DNA of 64,000 bases, from the IMG/VR virus record IMGVR_UViG_3300037400_003880. One strand, 5' to 3'. The DNA comes from a virus. Lineage: Duplodnaviria; Heunggongvirae; Uroviricota; Caudoviricetes. Shown here one piece after another: positions 14,601 to 24,383 of the stretch. Position 1 is the first letter of the stretch. Each line of letters starts with the position of its first letter. The translations under genes and the position numbers were made by a program. A model generated the notes under the pieces. It did not search any database. It was not told where the DNA came from and was given only the letters and a program-made list of their open reading frames with translations.

Positions 14601-17515
14601 CCTCTGCATCTTTTTCTGAACTAGAAGCTAATGTTTCTGTTAATTTTGATGCAATAACAACTGCTTAGCAATAGTTATGGAAGCTTAAAGAATAGGCTAG
14701 CAAATATGATCAGATAAATGAAAGTGAAGAAGATTGTATGGATTTTAATATAGATGATGAAACAGCATACGATATTGAAACAAGAGAAAAAATTTGGAAT
14801 TTTATAAATAAAATAACATATTAGCATAACTCTAATTTTCGGAGAATTTGGGAAAATGAAAATATGGATGAAAGAATTGAATCATTATTACCAGAACTAA
14901 AAAAAATAAAAATAGATGGATTGGATGAAAATGAATTAACTGTGCAAAACATTCGTTCATGGGCAGCAACTTTTTCCAGAGGAAGAGAGTAGTTACCAAT
15001 AATGGAAGGAAAAAATGTTGGATTAGATTTTGATTATAAAGAAAAGGGAGATGACCGTAATCCACTTGATCGTACACTGATAGACAAAAATGGAAGAGGA
15101 TATTTAAAAATTCTTTTTAAAGACGATGTTGAACTTCAAGATCCATAGCTTATATAGTATAATCCAGCTTTCAAAATTGAAATTCTTTTTAGAAAAGAAA
15201 AGGATGGTTAGCCTTATCCATTATTTAAAAAGAAAGAAAGTCAAATTAAAGATAGCTATTTAATGAAAATCCATGAGCAAGAGAGCATCTTAAATGAATT
15301 AATGAAAGAAACTTTTGGAGAAAATTATTAGGAATCATTAAAAGATGCTTTAGATCTTCCAGAGTTTAAAATAGAAGATTTTTCAATTGAAGATTTTAAA
15401 GAAAGCGATTGTTATAAAAATCATAATTATAATTTTGGAATATTAGGATAGTTCAATAAAGAATATTTATAGATTCAAGAATATCGAAAAAAACAAGCAA
15501 TGTATTTACGATTAATTAACTCTTTGTCACTTGTTTTCTTTAGAAAATATGAGCCTTATCTTAAAGAAGGAACATGGTCTGATAGCAATTATTTAACAGA
15601 TAATGCATATTATTTTGGAGCAAAAGAAGTGTCAGCAGAGGGCGCGATCCCAAAAGTAGAATATAATATTACTGTACTTGATTTGTATGTGATAGAGGAA
15701 TATTTTGACTATATTTTTAATATTGCAGACACAACCTATATCGAAGATATTGGAATGTTTGGAATTAATGAAAAGACAGGTCTTCCAAATAGGTTAAAAA
15801 TTTTAATTTCAGAAATTACATATGATTTGGATTAGCCAAAAAATAATACAATAAAGGTTCAAAATTTTACAACTCAATTTGAAGATTTATTTTAGTAGGT
15901 CAGTGCATCTGTCTAGTCTTTGAGCTTTAATGAAAATATTTATAAGAGATCTTCTAATTTTACTTCGAATTAGTCTATTAAACAAGAAAGTCTCTAGGGA
16001 GCACTAGATTCTAATAATTTAACATTAGTAAATACACAAGAGAACAATATCTCTATTGATGCTACTGGTTAGTCTGGAAGTGATATTAATAATCATAGCA
16101 ACTAGTATAAGATGAATGGCTAGGGAATGTTCTTTTCTAATAATGGTGGGCAAAGTTGGAATATCGGTGTAGGACCAAATGGAATAAACGCAGATTATAT
16201 TAAAGTTGGATCACTTGATGCAGGTAAAATTAGAATTGTTGATAATGATTATTTATATTTTTCTTGGGATAAAAATGGAATTGTTGCTTACAGAGATCCA
16301 TAGAGTTTAACTTCTTTTAATTCAGATGATTATGCTGTTTTTAATAAACATGGGCTTTCTTTAGTTAATAATGGAAAAATCCGCCTCCGAGCAGGATATG
16401 AATATACAGGGAAAAATGGGATATATTCATCAAATGATGAAATTGGCGCGGGTATGGGTTTTTATTTATTTGATGAAAATGGAAGATCTATTTTTGAGAC
16501 TCAAGCGGGAGAATTAAGCGCAAAACTAAAACTAATAGGAGAAATTACTTCATTATCTTCATCTGATAGTTATATGGAAACCAATTGGGAATATAAGCAT
16601 AGGATAAAAATGACTAAAAAAAACATACTTTTTCAAGTAACTAGCAATCCTCCAGAAAAATTAAGTGAAGATGAAGAAGACAGTTTAAATCCATCAATTT
16701 CTAATGCTCCTATTCTTACTTTTGAAGGAAATGAATTTTTTTACGCAGATACTTATTATACTCCAGATAGGTCTTTTTATTACAAAGAAGAGAATAATTA
16801 TTATAAAGTTTACGGTTTTCCTACTCACCCGATAACAATTTATATAATAGATGAAGAAGATGAGTCTCAAATTTAGCAAATAAAAAAAGCCTCCCTAGGG
16901 ATTGGAGACTTTTTTATAGAAGAAAATGGAAGAGGTATAATTAAATATAATAGACAGAAATATTATTTTTCCCCCTCATCTTCTGAGAACTGCTTTTTAG
17001 AAGAAAATTTTTCTCCAAGCGAGATAGAAAAGTCAAATAGCTCAGGAGTTTTTATAAATAATTCATTTAAAAAAAGAGGCGAAAAAGGAAGGATTTTTAG
17101 CTGTGTGAATTTTAATTACTAGGGATCTTCTGATAATTATGAAACGCAAAATTTATTAACCGTTTATAATGATGGTACACTAATACTGGGCGGGCATTTT
17201 GATCCTACTAATGATGTATATTATTATTCTTCTAACCCTAAAATTAATGGTGATTATTCTAATACAATTAGAGTTATTAAAGGTGATATTTATCTTGGAA
17301 ATCATCTTCTCAGTGAATTAATTGCTGATGCTTCAGAATCTTTGCCTTCACATAGACATAACTTTTATTATAATCAAAGTAATTATTCCCTTGCGTATAA
17401 TGGCTAGAGCGTTGGAGCTATTAGACTTTCAGATGTAAATGGAGAGGAGTTTTGGTTAAGTTTAAATAGAATTTCTAATAGGCTTTCTGGTTAGACGGAA
17501 TCAACAGGAGGATAA
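11621..17515 (+). CDS. Large tail-tip / host-specificity protein (Tal-like, ~1964 aa, TAG=Gln)
   Basis: GTG start after GAGGTGA; track ORFs 11897, 13046, 13592, 15500 and 16454 are in one frame linked by TAG; motifs VQNFTTQFEDLFQQ and GVGPNGINADYIKVGSLDAGKI. Confidence 0.8.
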
Positions 17516-17518
17516 ATA

Positions 17519-17881
17519 ATGAAAATACTTAGGAGTCAAACACAAGTTTTATACGATATATTTAAAAGTTTTGAAAAAAACGAGGATTTTTCAATTTCTG
17601 TTAAATATAAAATTTTAAAATTAAAAAAACTTTTAGAACAAGAACTTGAATATAATTTATAGCTTTTAAAGGAATTAACTTTTAAATATGGAATGATTTC
17701 CGAAGAAGGGGAGGTACTTATTAAGAAAGAATTCATAGAAGAAGTTTCAAAACAAGTTGAAGATTTTAATAATCAAGAAATAGAGCTTCCTGATTTATAT
17801 TTTACTGTAGAAGAGCTTTCAATAACCAAAATTAATTGGAGAGACTTAGAAATTCTAATGCCTCTAATTAAGGATGAGTAA
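17519..17881 (+). CDS. Hypothetical protein (120 aa) at the end of the tail module
   Basis: GGAGG RBS, ATG 17519, one TAG, in frame with track ORF 17693. Confidence 0.7.
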
Positions 17882-17907
17882 TTTTATACAATTTATACAA
17901 ATTTAAC

Positions 17908-17963
17908 AAATGACCTGTATAGAAGTTTTGTGTAAAACATAGAACTTTTTGTACAGGTCATTT
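17908..17963 (+). terminator. Long hairpin closing the tail module
   Basis: AAATGACCTGTA...TACAGGTCATTT inverted repeat with an inner AAGTT/AACTT stem. Confidence 0.6.
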
Positions 17964-18030
17964 CTGCTTTATAAAAGTCTCTTTTCAAACTTTACTTTTA
18001 GGTGTAAGAAAAAACGCGAGGTGATGCACA

Positions 18031-18444
18031 ATGGCTTATGGTTTTAATCAACAGCCACAAAATCTTACTGTACAACAAACTCTTTAGCAAGGAAATTAGA
18101 TGGGTAATCCACAAAATATTCAGCCCCTCTTTCCTCAGCCGCAAGGAAACGTTTACAATATTAATTCAACTTTAGAAGTCGCGAACGTTCCGGTCGGCGC
18201 AGGAGTATCGGTGGCGCTTTGCTTGCCAGAGAATGTCATGTACATAAAAACAATGCAAAATGGAAATCCGTTATTTTATCCATATAAAATAACTCCATTT
18301 ACAAATGAGCCGGCGCAAGAAGAGAAATAGGCCGCAACTATTTCAATTGAACAGCTTGCATCTTAGCTCAAACAATGCATTGAAAAAGTAGAAGACTTAG
18401 AGTCTAAAATTAAAACTAAATAGAAAGGAGCTGATTTATTATGA
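18031..18444 (+). CDS. Cassette gene 1: Gln/Pro/Asn-rich N-terminus, small beta domain and coiled coil (137 aa)
   Basis: GAGGTGA RBS; TAG=Gln joins MAYGFNQQPQ... through ...KGADLL-TGA. Confidence 0.8.
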
Positions 18445-18674
18445 TTTAGAATTTAACATAGCTCGTATAGATTCTGCGCGGCCGCAATCCGCAAGAAATG
18501 GTTATGTCAATGGTTCAAAATCAAAAAATTAATGATCCTAACATAACTCAGCTTATCAAATTCGCTGAAAGTGGTGATATGGATAATTTAGTTAATCTCG
18601 CTAATTCCATCTGCTCATAGAGGGGATTGGATTTCAATTCTGAATTTCAAAACTTTATGTCTATGATGAAATAA
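18441..18674 (+). CDS. Cassette gene 2: small helical Met/Gln/Asn-rich protein (77 aa)
   Basis: ATGA overlap with gene 1; MIQNLTQLVQILRGRNPQEMVMSM...CSQRGLDFNSEFQNFMSMMK; missed by the track because of 4 TAGs. Confidence 0.8.
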
Positions 18675-18705
18675 GCGTGAAATAATAATTCTGGAGGTAT
18701 TATAA

Positions 18706-19656
18706 ATGGAAGAAAAAGGTTTAACTGTCGCTGATGCGCTAGCTTTGCGTAATGGCGGAAACAACAATGGTGGCTTTGGTTTTGGTGACGGAAGCGGCTG
18801 GTGGGTCATTATCCTTATCCTTTTCTTAATGTCAGGATTTGGAGGTCGTGGATATGGGAATAATGGTGGCGGTGGAGACACTAACACTGTATTTGTTCCT
18901 TATGGCGGCGGAAATGGCTTTGGTGGTAATAACTGGTCAGCTTGTTGCACTCCAGCTACAGCCCAAGGTATGACAGATGCATTTAACTTTAACGCTCTTG
19001 ATACCGGAGTAAGGGCAACTCATGAAGCAGTAACAAATGGTTTTTATACAAATAACCTTGCTACTACTAATCTTGGGACTGCAATTCAGCAATCTTTTGG
19101 GCAGGCGGCTCTTTAGAACTGTCAAGGTTTTAATGGTGTAACTGGCGCCATCAATGGTGTCAATAACACTGTGAATTAGGGTGTGAACTCAATTCAGTCA
19201 AGTCTTTGTAATGGATTTAATAGCGTAAATCAGGGACTTGCTAATAATGCTTATAAGCTTTCTGAATGCTGCTGTGATATGAGACAGTCAGTAATGCAGT
19301 CTAACTTCAATAATCAAACTGGTTTTAACACACTTGGTACTGCCATTGCAACTAATGCTTGCGATATTGAAAGAGGTCAAGATGATATTCGTTATTTAAT
19401 GGCTTAGAATCAGAGTCAGACTATTGCAGCAATTGACCATGTTGGAGATCGCTTAATTGATTATATGAACAACAGTAAGATGGATGAGCTTCGTACTGAA
19501 CTTTAGAATGCTAGATTCCAGATTTCTCAGGCTGCACAAACTGATGCTATTATTAGTCAACTCCAGCCTGTTGCTAAACCTTCCTGGCTCGTAAATTCTC
19601 CTTATCAGTCATTAAATTATAATGGCGTAAATGCTTGTGGCTGCGGCAATTTCTGA
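18706..19656 (+). CDS. Cassette gene 3: Gly/Asn-rich protein with one TM helix, Cys clusters and coiled coil (316 aa)
   Basis: GGAGG RBS; WWVIILILFLMSGFGG hydrophobic helix; ACC, ECCC and ACGCG motifs; TAGs join track ORFs 18706 and 19183. Confidence 0.88.
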
Positions 19657-19668
19657 GAGGTGATATAA

Positions 19669-20094
19669 ATGGCTTGTCCAAATGTATCATGTCTTTGCAA
19701 CCATATGGTTCTTTCATAGAGTGTCACCTTTACTGATGATACTCTATTGATTGATTTGCCCGCTGGCGCATATGAGAATGGAGAAAAATATTGTATCGTT
19801 ATTGCGCAAGATATTCCTGTAGAAACAACGATTGCCGCTGACGTTGCTATAACAATAGGTGGAGATACGGCGACCACTTATCCGCTTGTTAATTATAATT
19901 GCACAAATGTTTAGGCTTGTTAGATTACACCTAGAACCCGTTATGCAACAAGAGTCTTTACAAATATTGGAGAAGGAGTTTTTAAACTTCTTGGTAACTT
20001 AAATTGTTTCAATTGTCGCAGGAGCGGGGCCGCGCCAGCGTTACCAATTCCTGTCAATAACGCAACTACTACAACAGGAGGGGAAAACGGATGA
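19669..20094 (+). CDS. Cassette gene 4: Cys-rich beta-sandwich-like protein (141 aa)
   Basis: GAGGTGA RBS; MACPNVSCLCNHMVLSQSVTF...YCIVIAQDIP...NCTNVQACQITPRTRY; absent from the track. Confidence 0.82.
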
Positions 20095-20576
20095 AAGAGC
20101 TTTAGAAGAAAGTGAGAAAAGAGCTTGATAATATTGCTGAAAAAGGAATAACCTCCTCAAATCTTGAAGCAACAAATAAATTAGTAGATATTTATAAAGA
20201 TATTCTTGAAATTTGTGAAAAAGAAGATGGAGGTGACGAAATGTACGGAGCACGTGGAAGATATAGGGAGTATGATGACTATGACACTTATAACGCTCGC
20301 GGTGGAAGAGGTGGCAGTTATAATGACCGTTATAATCACTACCCTCTCGACGATCGCACAGAAAGATACTTTATAAGAATGAGAGAAGGTATGGAGAATT
20401 ATGATGCTGGTCGTTCTCGTTATAGAGATGGTGGCTCAAATGAGAGGATGGTTGAAGGAATTGAAATGACTATGGGAGCAATCGTGAACTTTGTTGAATC
20501 CTTAATGGATATTGCTGAAACCTCTCAGGAGAAAGAAATCGTTAGAAAGTATGTTGATAGGATTAAGAAAATCTAA
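20091..20576 (+). CDS. Cassette gene 5: helical protein with an Arg/Tyr/Asp/Gly-rich low-complexity middle (161 aa)
   Basis: ATGA overlap; one TAG near the start, in frame with track ORF 20112. Confidence 0.85.
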
Positions 20577-20938
20577 TGTTTAAATATTACAATGCCAATC
20601 CTTTTGGACGATTAGTTAACGATTGCACCGTAAGAGCCATATCTCTTGCAACAGAATAGAGCTGGGATTCTACATATAGAAAACTTGCAGATTATGCTCG
20701 TTCTGAAGGAATTACTTTTTCAGAAATTGAATTTATAAATGATTATTTAGCAGATTAGTTTCCTCGTTTTTGCCCAGAGGAAAGAATTTATACGTTAGCT
20801 GATTTTTTAGATTTGAAGTTGCCAGGTCGTTGGTTAGTAACAATGAGTGGACATATTACTTGTGTAATAGATGGTATATGTTATGACACCTTTGATCCAT
20901 CTAAAAGATATGTCTGGTGTATTTATAAAGTTAAATAA
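20576..20938 (+). CDS. Cassette gene 6: small putative Cys-His-Asp (papain/C39-like) hydrolase (120 aa)
   Basis: TAATG overlap; YYNANP..LVNDCTVRAIS...VTMSGHITCVIDGICYDTFD; 2 TAGs. Confidence 0.75.
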
Positions 20939-20940
20939 AA

Positions 20941-20964
20941 AAGAGGTAGGGGAACCTACCTCTT
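20941..20964. terminator. Bidirectional terminator at the convergence of + and - transcription
   Basis: AAGAGGTAGG-GGAA-CCTACCTCTT flanked by A/T tracts. Confidence 0.8.
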
Positions 20965-21688
20965 AAAATTCAATTATTTTATTTGCATTGCTATTATGCG
21001 CTCCGCATCGTCCAATTAGGATTGCATCTGCCTCATCTTGTGTTACGCTTACATCATAAAAACGCTTAACTTTTAGTTGAGCGTTTTTCTTTTTGTCTGT
21101 ACGGGTTTTTCCCTTTATTTCTGAATAAGCTCTCCAAGTGGCAGGAGCAAGAATTTCACAAGGAATATCTTTCTCATAGAAATAGTTCATTAGCACTCCC
21201 TATAAGTGCGCAAGCTTTTTATAAGTAACAACTGCTTCTCCTTGCTCTCCAAATTTCTAAAGTTGTATATCTTCCAATACAATTTTATCTGGACACCATT
21301 TCTAAATCATACTTGCAACCCAATATTTTGTTTTTGCAATTCTACTTGTACTGTCACTTCCATCAGAAGTCCATTTGCCATATTTAACAAGATTTTCGTC
21401 ATCGAAAACTGCCCAACCAGAAGTAATGCTTGCCTAGTCCAAAGCGAGGACTCTATAGCCATTCTTTTTCACAGCAATATTATCGCTCTTATAATATTTA
21501 TTCTGTTTACAAATTGGGCATTCAAAGGCACCGCGGCGCCACTTCTCATAGGAAACAAAGCAGTCATGACCTTCAGGACAATTAACCTGAAGGTCTGTCT
21601 TTAAATTAACATACTCTGTAGATATTAGTTTCCATCCATCTTTTTCAATGTCTTTCTAAATATCTTCTATCTTTAATCTGCCTGCCAT
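20963..21688 (-). CDS. ruvC: RuvC-like Holliday junction resolvase with N-terminal Zn-ribbon (241 aa, TAG=Gln)
   Basis: CPEGH...CPIC, then RVLALDQASITSGWAVF (Q=TAG), IVLEDIQ, AHLQGVL, QDEADAILIG. Confidence 0.8.
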
Positions 21689-21694
21689 ATGGAA

Positions 21695-22498
21695 TCAACT
21701 CTTGTCAGTTGACCCAAAACCACCGTCGCCGCGGTCGGTATCATCAAGAGTATCAGTCTCTTCCCATACAATCATTGGAACAGGAGCAATTACCATTTGA
21801 GCAATCTTATCACCAGCCTTAATGGTCTGACTGATATTTCCTGTGTTCTCCATAATTACACAAACTTCTCCACGATATGCACTATCAATAGTTCCGGGAG
21901 CATTTGCAACTCTCAACGGGGTTTTTAAACTTAATCCAGAGCGAGGACGAATCTGAATTTCATAACCGCCGGGAATAGCTACCTTAATACCTGTCTTAAT
22001 GAGAGCTGTAGTATGGGGCTTAAGGGTAACTTCCTCCAAAGAATAAATATCTGCACCTGCATCAGAATCGTGTGCATAAGAGGGAAGAATTGCCTCTGGC
22101 ACAATCTTCTGAATTTTTACAGTAATTCTTTCACGAGGATTCTTAACCATATCAAAAGTCAACTCAAGAGAACCCTTAATTAGAGTTGTAAGCATTTCCT
22201 TCTTATTAGGAGAAAGAGTTTCATCTTGCTCAATCTCATTCAAGAAAGCCTCAATAGCTTCTCTTGCTTCAGCAATATCCTCTGAAGAAGCTTGATTATT
22301 TCTCGCGGCAGAAAGAACCTCTCGCTGAATATCCTGATTCAAAAAGATTTTGTCAAGCTCAGGCTTAAACTGGGGATATACTTTATCAAACTAATCATCC
22401 GGTAGGTCAAGCACCATAATCATCTGATTGAATGTATCTGGACCGCCACCAGAAGACATCATAAAATTCTTTAAATCCTTTTTTACATTTGCTTTCAT
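21695..22498 (-). CDS. dut: Trimeric dUTPase with N-terminal extension (267 aa)
   Basis: AGADI, RSGL, GTIDSAYRGE and RGDGGFGST motifs; extends through one TAG to ATG 22498. Confidence 0.92.
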
Positions 22499-23244
22499 TC
22501 ATCTTCATCTCCTTCATAAAGTTTATCAACAATCTTATCAATTACACCATATTTAAGAGCTTCCTTTGGATTCATAAACCAGTCATCTGCTTTAGCTTCA
22601 TCGTATTCTTCTGATGTAATCTTAGTATTATCAAGGACAACCTGTCTCAATCTCTTAAGCTGCTTCTTATAGAAGTTTACTCGCTGAATGAACTTATGAG
22701 CATCGCCGCCGTCCATTGCGGATCCTTCATGGAAGAGATAAGAACTGTATGGGAAACCAAAACGCTTATGTCCAGAAATCGCAATAAAAAATCCGCCGCT
22801 ATATGCTGTACCAATTGTATAGGTGTGAACTGGAGTCTTAGACAGCTTAATTGTACTAATGATACTGAAAGTCGCATCCAAATCTCCGCCGGGAGTATTG
22901 ATATACAGACAAATAGGTTTACGCTCTTCTACAGGAATATTATCCATATCATCAATATTGTTCCAGAACTTTACCACTTCAAAAATACTATTTGCATGAG
23001 CCATTTCAATTTCATCAGTCAGATAAATTGAACGATCAATGAAATCATAAGTCTGAAGAACTACCTCTGGGTCAACCTGATTATCTGGATCTGCAAAGAC
23101 TTCAAAAGTACTCTGCTGCTCCTGCTCTTCCTCAAGGCTATCCTTTAATTCATCATAAACCTTTTCAATATCCTTCATAAAATCTTCCTTAGATTTTACT
23201 GTTCCATCTTCATTTAAAATTGCAATCTGTTGTGCTTCAGCCAT
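22495..23244 (-). CDS. clpP: ClpP-family (S14) protease with acidic N-terminal extension
   Basis: LYINTPGGD, AYSGG (Ser), LFHEG (His), DWFMNPKEALKYGVID. Confidence 0.85.
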   Translation of the reverse strand: MAEAQQIAILNEDGTVKSKEDFMKDIEKVYDELKDSLEEEQEQQSTFEVFADPDNQVDPEVVLQTYDFIDRSIYLTDEIEMAHANSIFEVVKFWNNIDDMDNIPVEERKPICLYINTPGGDLDATFSIISTIKLSKTPVHTYTIGTAYSGGFFIAISGHKRFGFPYSSYLFHEGSAMDGGDAHKFIQRVNFYKKQLKRLRQVVLDNTKITSEEYDEAKADDWFMNPKEALKYGVIDKIVDKLYEGDEDE

Positions 23245-23413
23245 TCATTTTATCCTCCAACTCGCTTTTTTCTACAGTAAGTACTCTGATTTCTTCTACT
23301 AAATCCTTAATGTGTGGATTCAATACGAACAAATCAAGTTTAATAGATTCAAGTTCCTTTTGTTTTTCTGTTAATTCAAAACATACCTAGGAATATCTCT
23401 CTTTATCAGACAT
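23237..23413 (-). CDS. Small coiled-coil hypothetical protein (58 aa)
   Basis: GGAGG RBS behind a promoter; one TAG; stop overlaps the clpP start. Confidence 0.55.
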
Positions 23414-23438
23414 TTATATCCCCTCCTTTATTATATAT

Positions 23439-23467
23439 ATTATATCATAAATTCTAAGAAAAGTCAA
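23439..23467 (-). promoter_or_regulatory. sigmaA-type promoter
   Basis: TTGACT-17 bp-TATAAT with extended -10 TG. Confidence 0.85.
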
Positions 23468-24383
23468 GATGAGAACTTTTAATTTTTTTAGGATCTTGCT
23501 TCAGAAGCACTCTTAATTCAGATGGAACATTTACCACGTTCGGGTAGGTAGTAATAAAAGATTCTCTGCTTGCACTTTTTAGCCATTCAATAATTTTCTT
23601 ATCTAAATCATCTACCGGCTAAGGATGAAATGGAAACTTCATTCTAATTCCAGCTTTCTTATAAAAAATACCCATCTTAACATATCTTAACTGATAATTA
23701 AGAATTGTCTCTTCTGGTCTTTTTTCAAATTTAAAAATGACAGAAGGATTAGAGAAGTTTTCAAAAAAGAAGTTTTCATCATATCTGAAATCTATTATGA
23801 TATAACTATTGATAAGTGCGCAAAATCGTTCAAATTTATAGAAAGTCTCGGCATCTTTTACCCATAACGGATGATAAAAATTAAAACGATGATTTTTAAA
23901 ATCAAGAAGGCAATCATACGCACCATCTATATAAAAGAAGTTATGGTCAACGAATGTCATTTTCATCCTATCTTTCTTATAATCACTAAAATCATTTGAC
24001 TCTAAACGAATCAATGAATTCTTTTTTAGTTCATCATATGACTAATTAGGAATTGATAGCTTATAAGATACAGGATCATAGAGGTCATAAGATGGTGCGC
24101 ATTCTGCCATTTCAGGTTTTAGTGGAGAATAAGTGTTATAGAATCCATATCCATATACTGTTTTCTTATCGCCATTAAGAATTAAAGAACGAGGAATTTG
24201 AGTGTGAGGATTGTCTTTAAAATAGATAATAGAGTTGTAGCGTCCCTCATTTTCTTGCGGGCGCATCATTTTAACAATCTGATTATTATTCTTAAAATAA
24301 TGATAGATTTTCATAAGTTCGAGGTTAGGGGCTGAACGCCCCTTATGCCATAAATCAATATCATATAATCCTATAGTAGCCAT
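23445..24383 (-). CDS. Hypothetical protein related to phage PNLxLMK radical-SAM-associated proteins, no CxxxCxxC (312 aa)
   Basis: Track ORFs 24042..24383 and 23619..24014 are in frame and joined by TAG; N-terminus IGLYDID...APNLELMKI. Confidence 0.6.

Noticed and set aside
111-17515. Tail genes as pseudogenes riddled with stops
   Set aside because: All interruptions I read are TAG, frames stay constant for kilobases without TAA/TGA, and TAG falls on conserved Gln; recoding explains this better.
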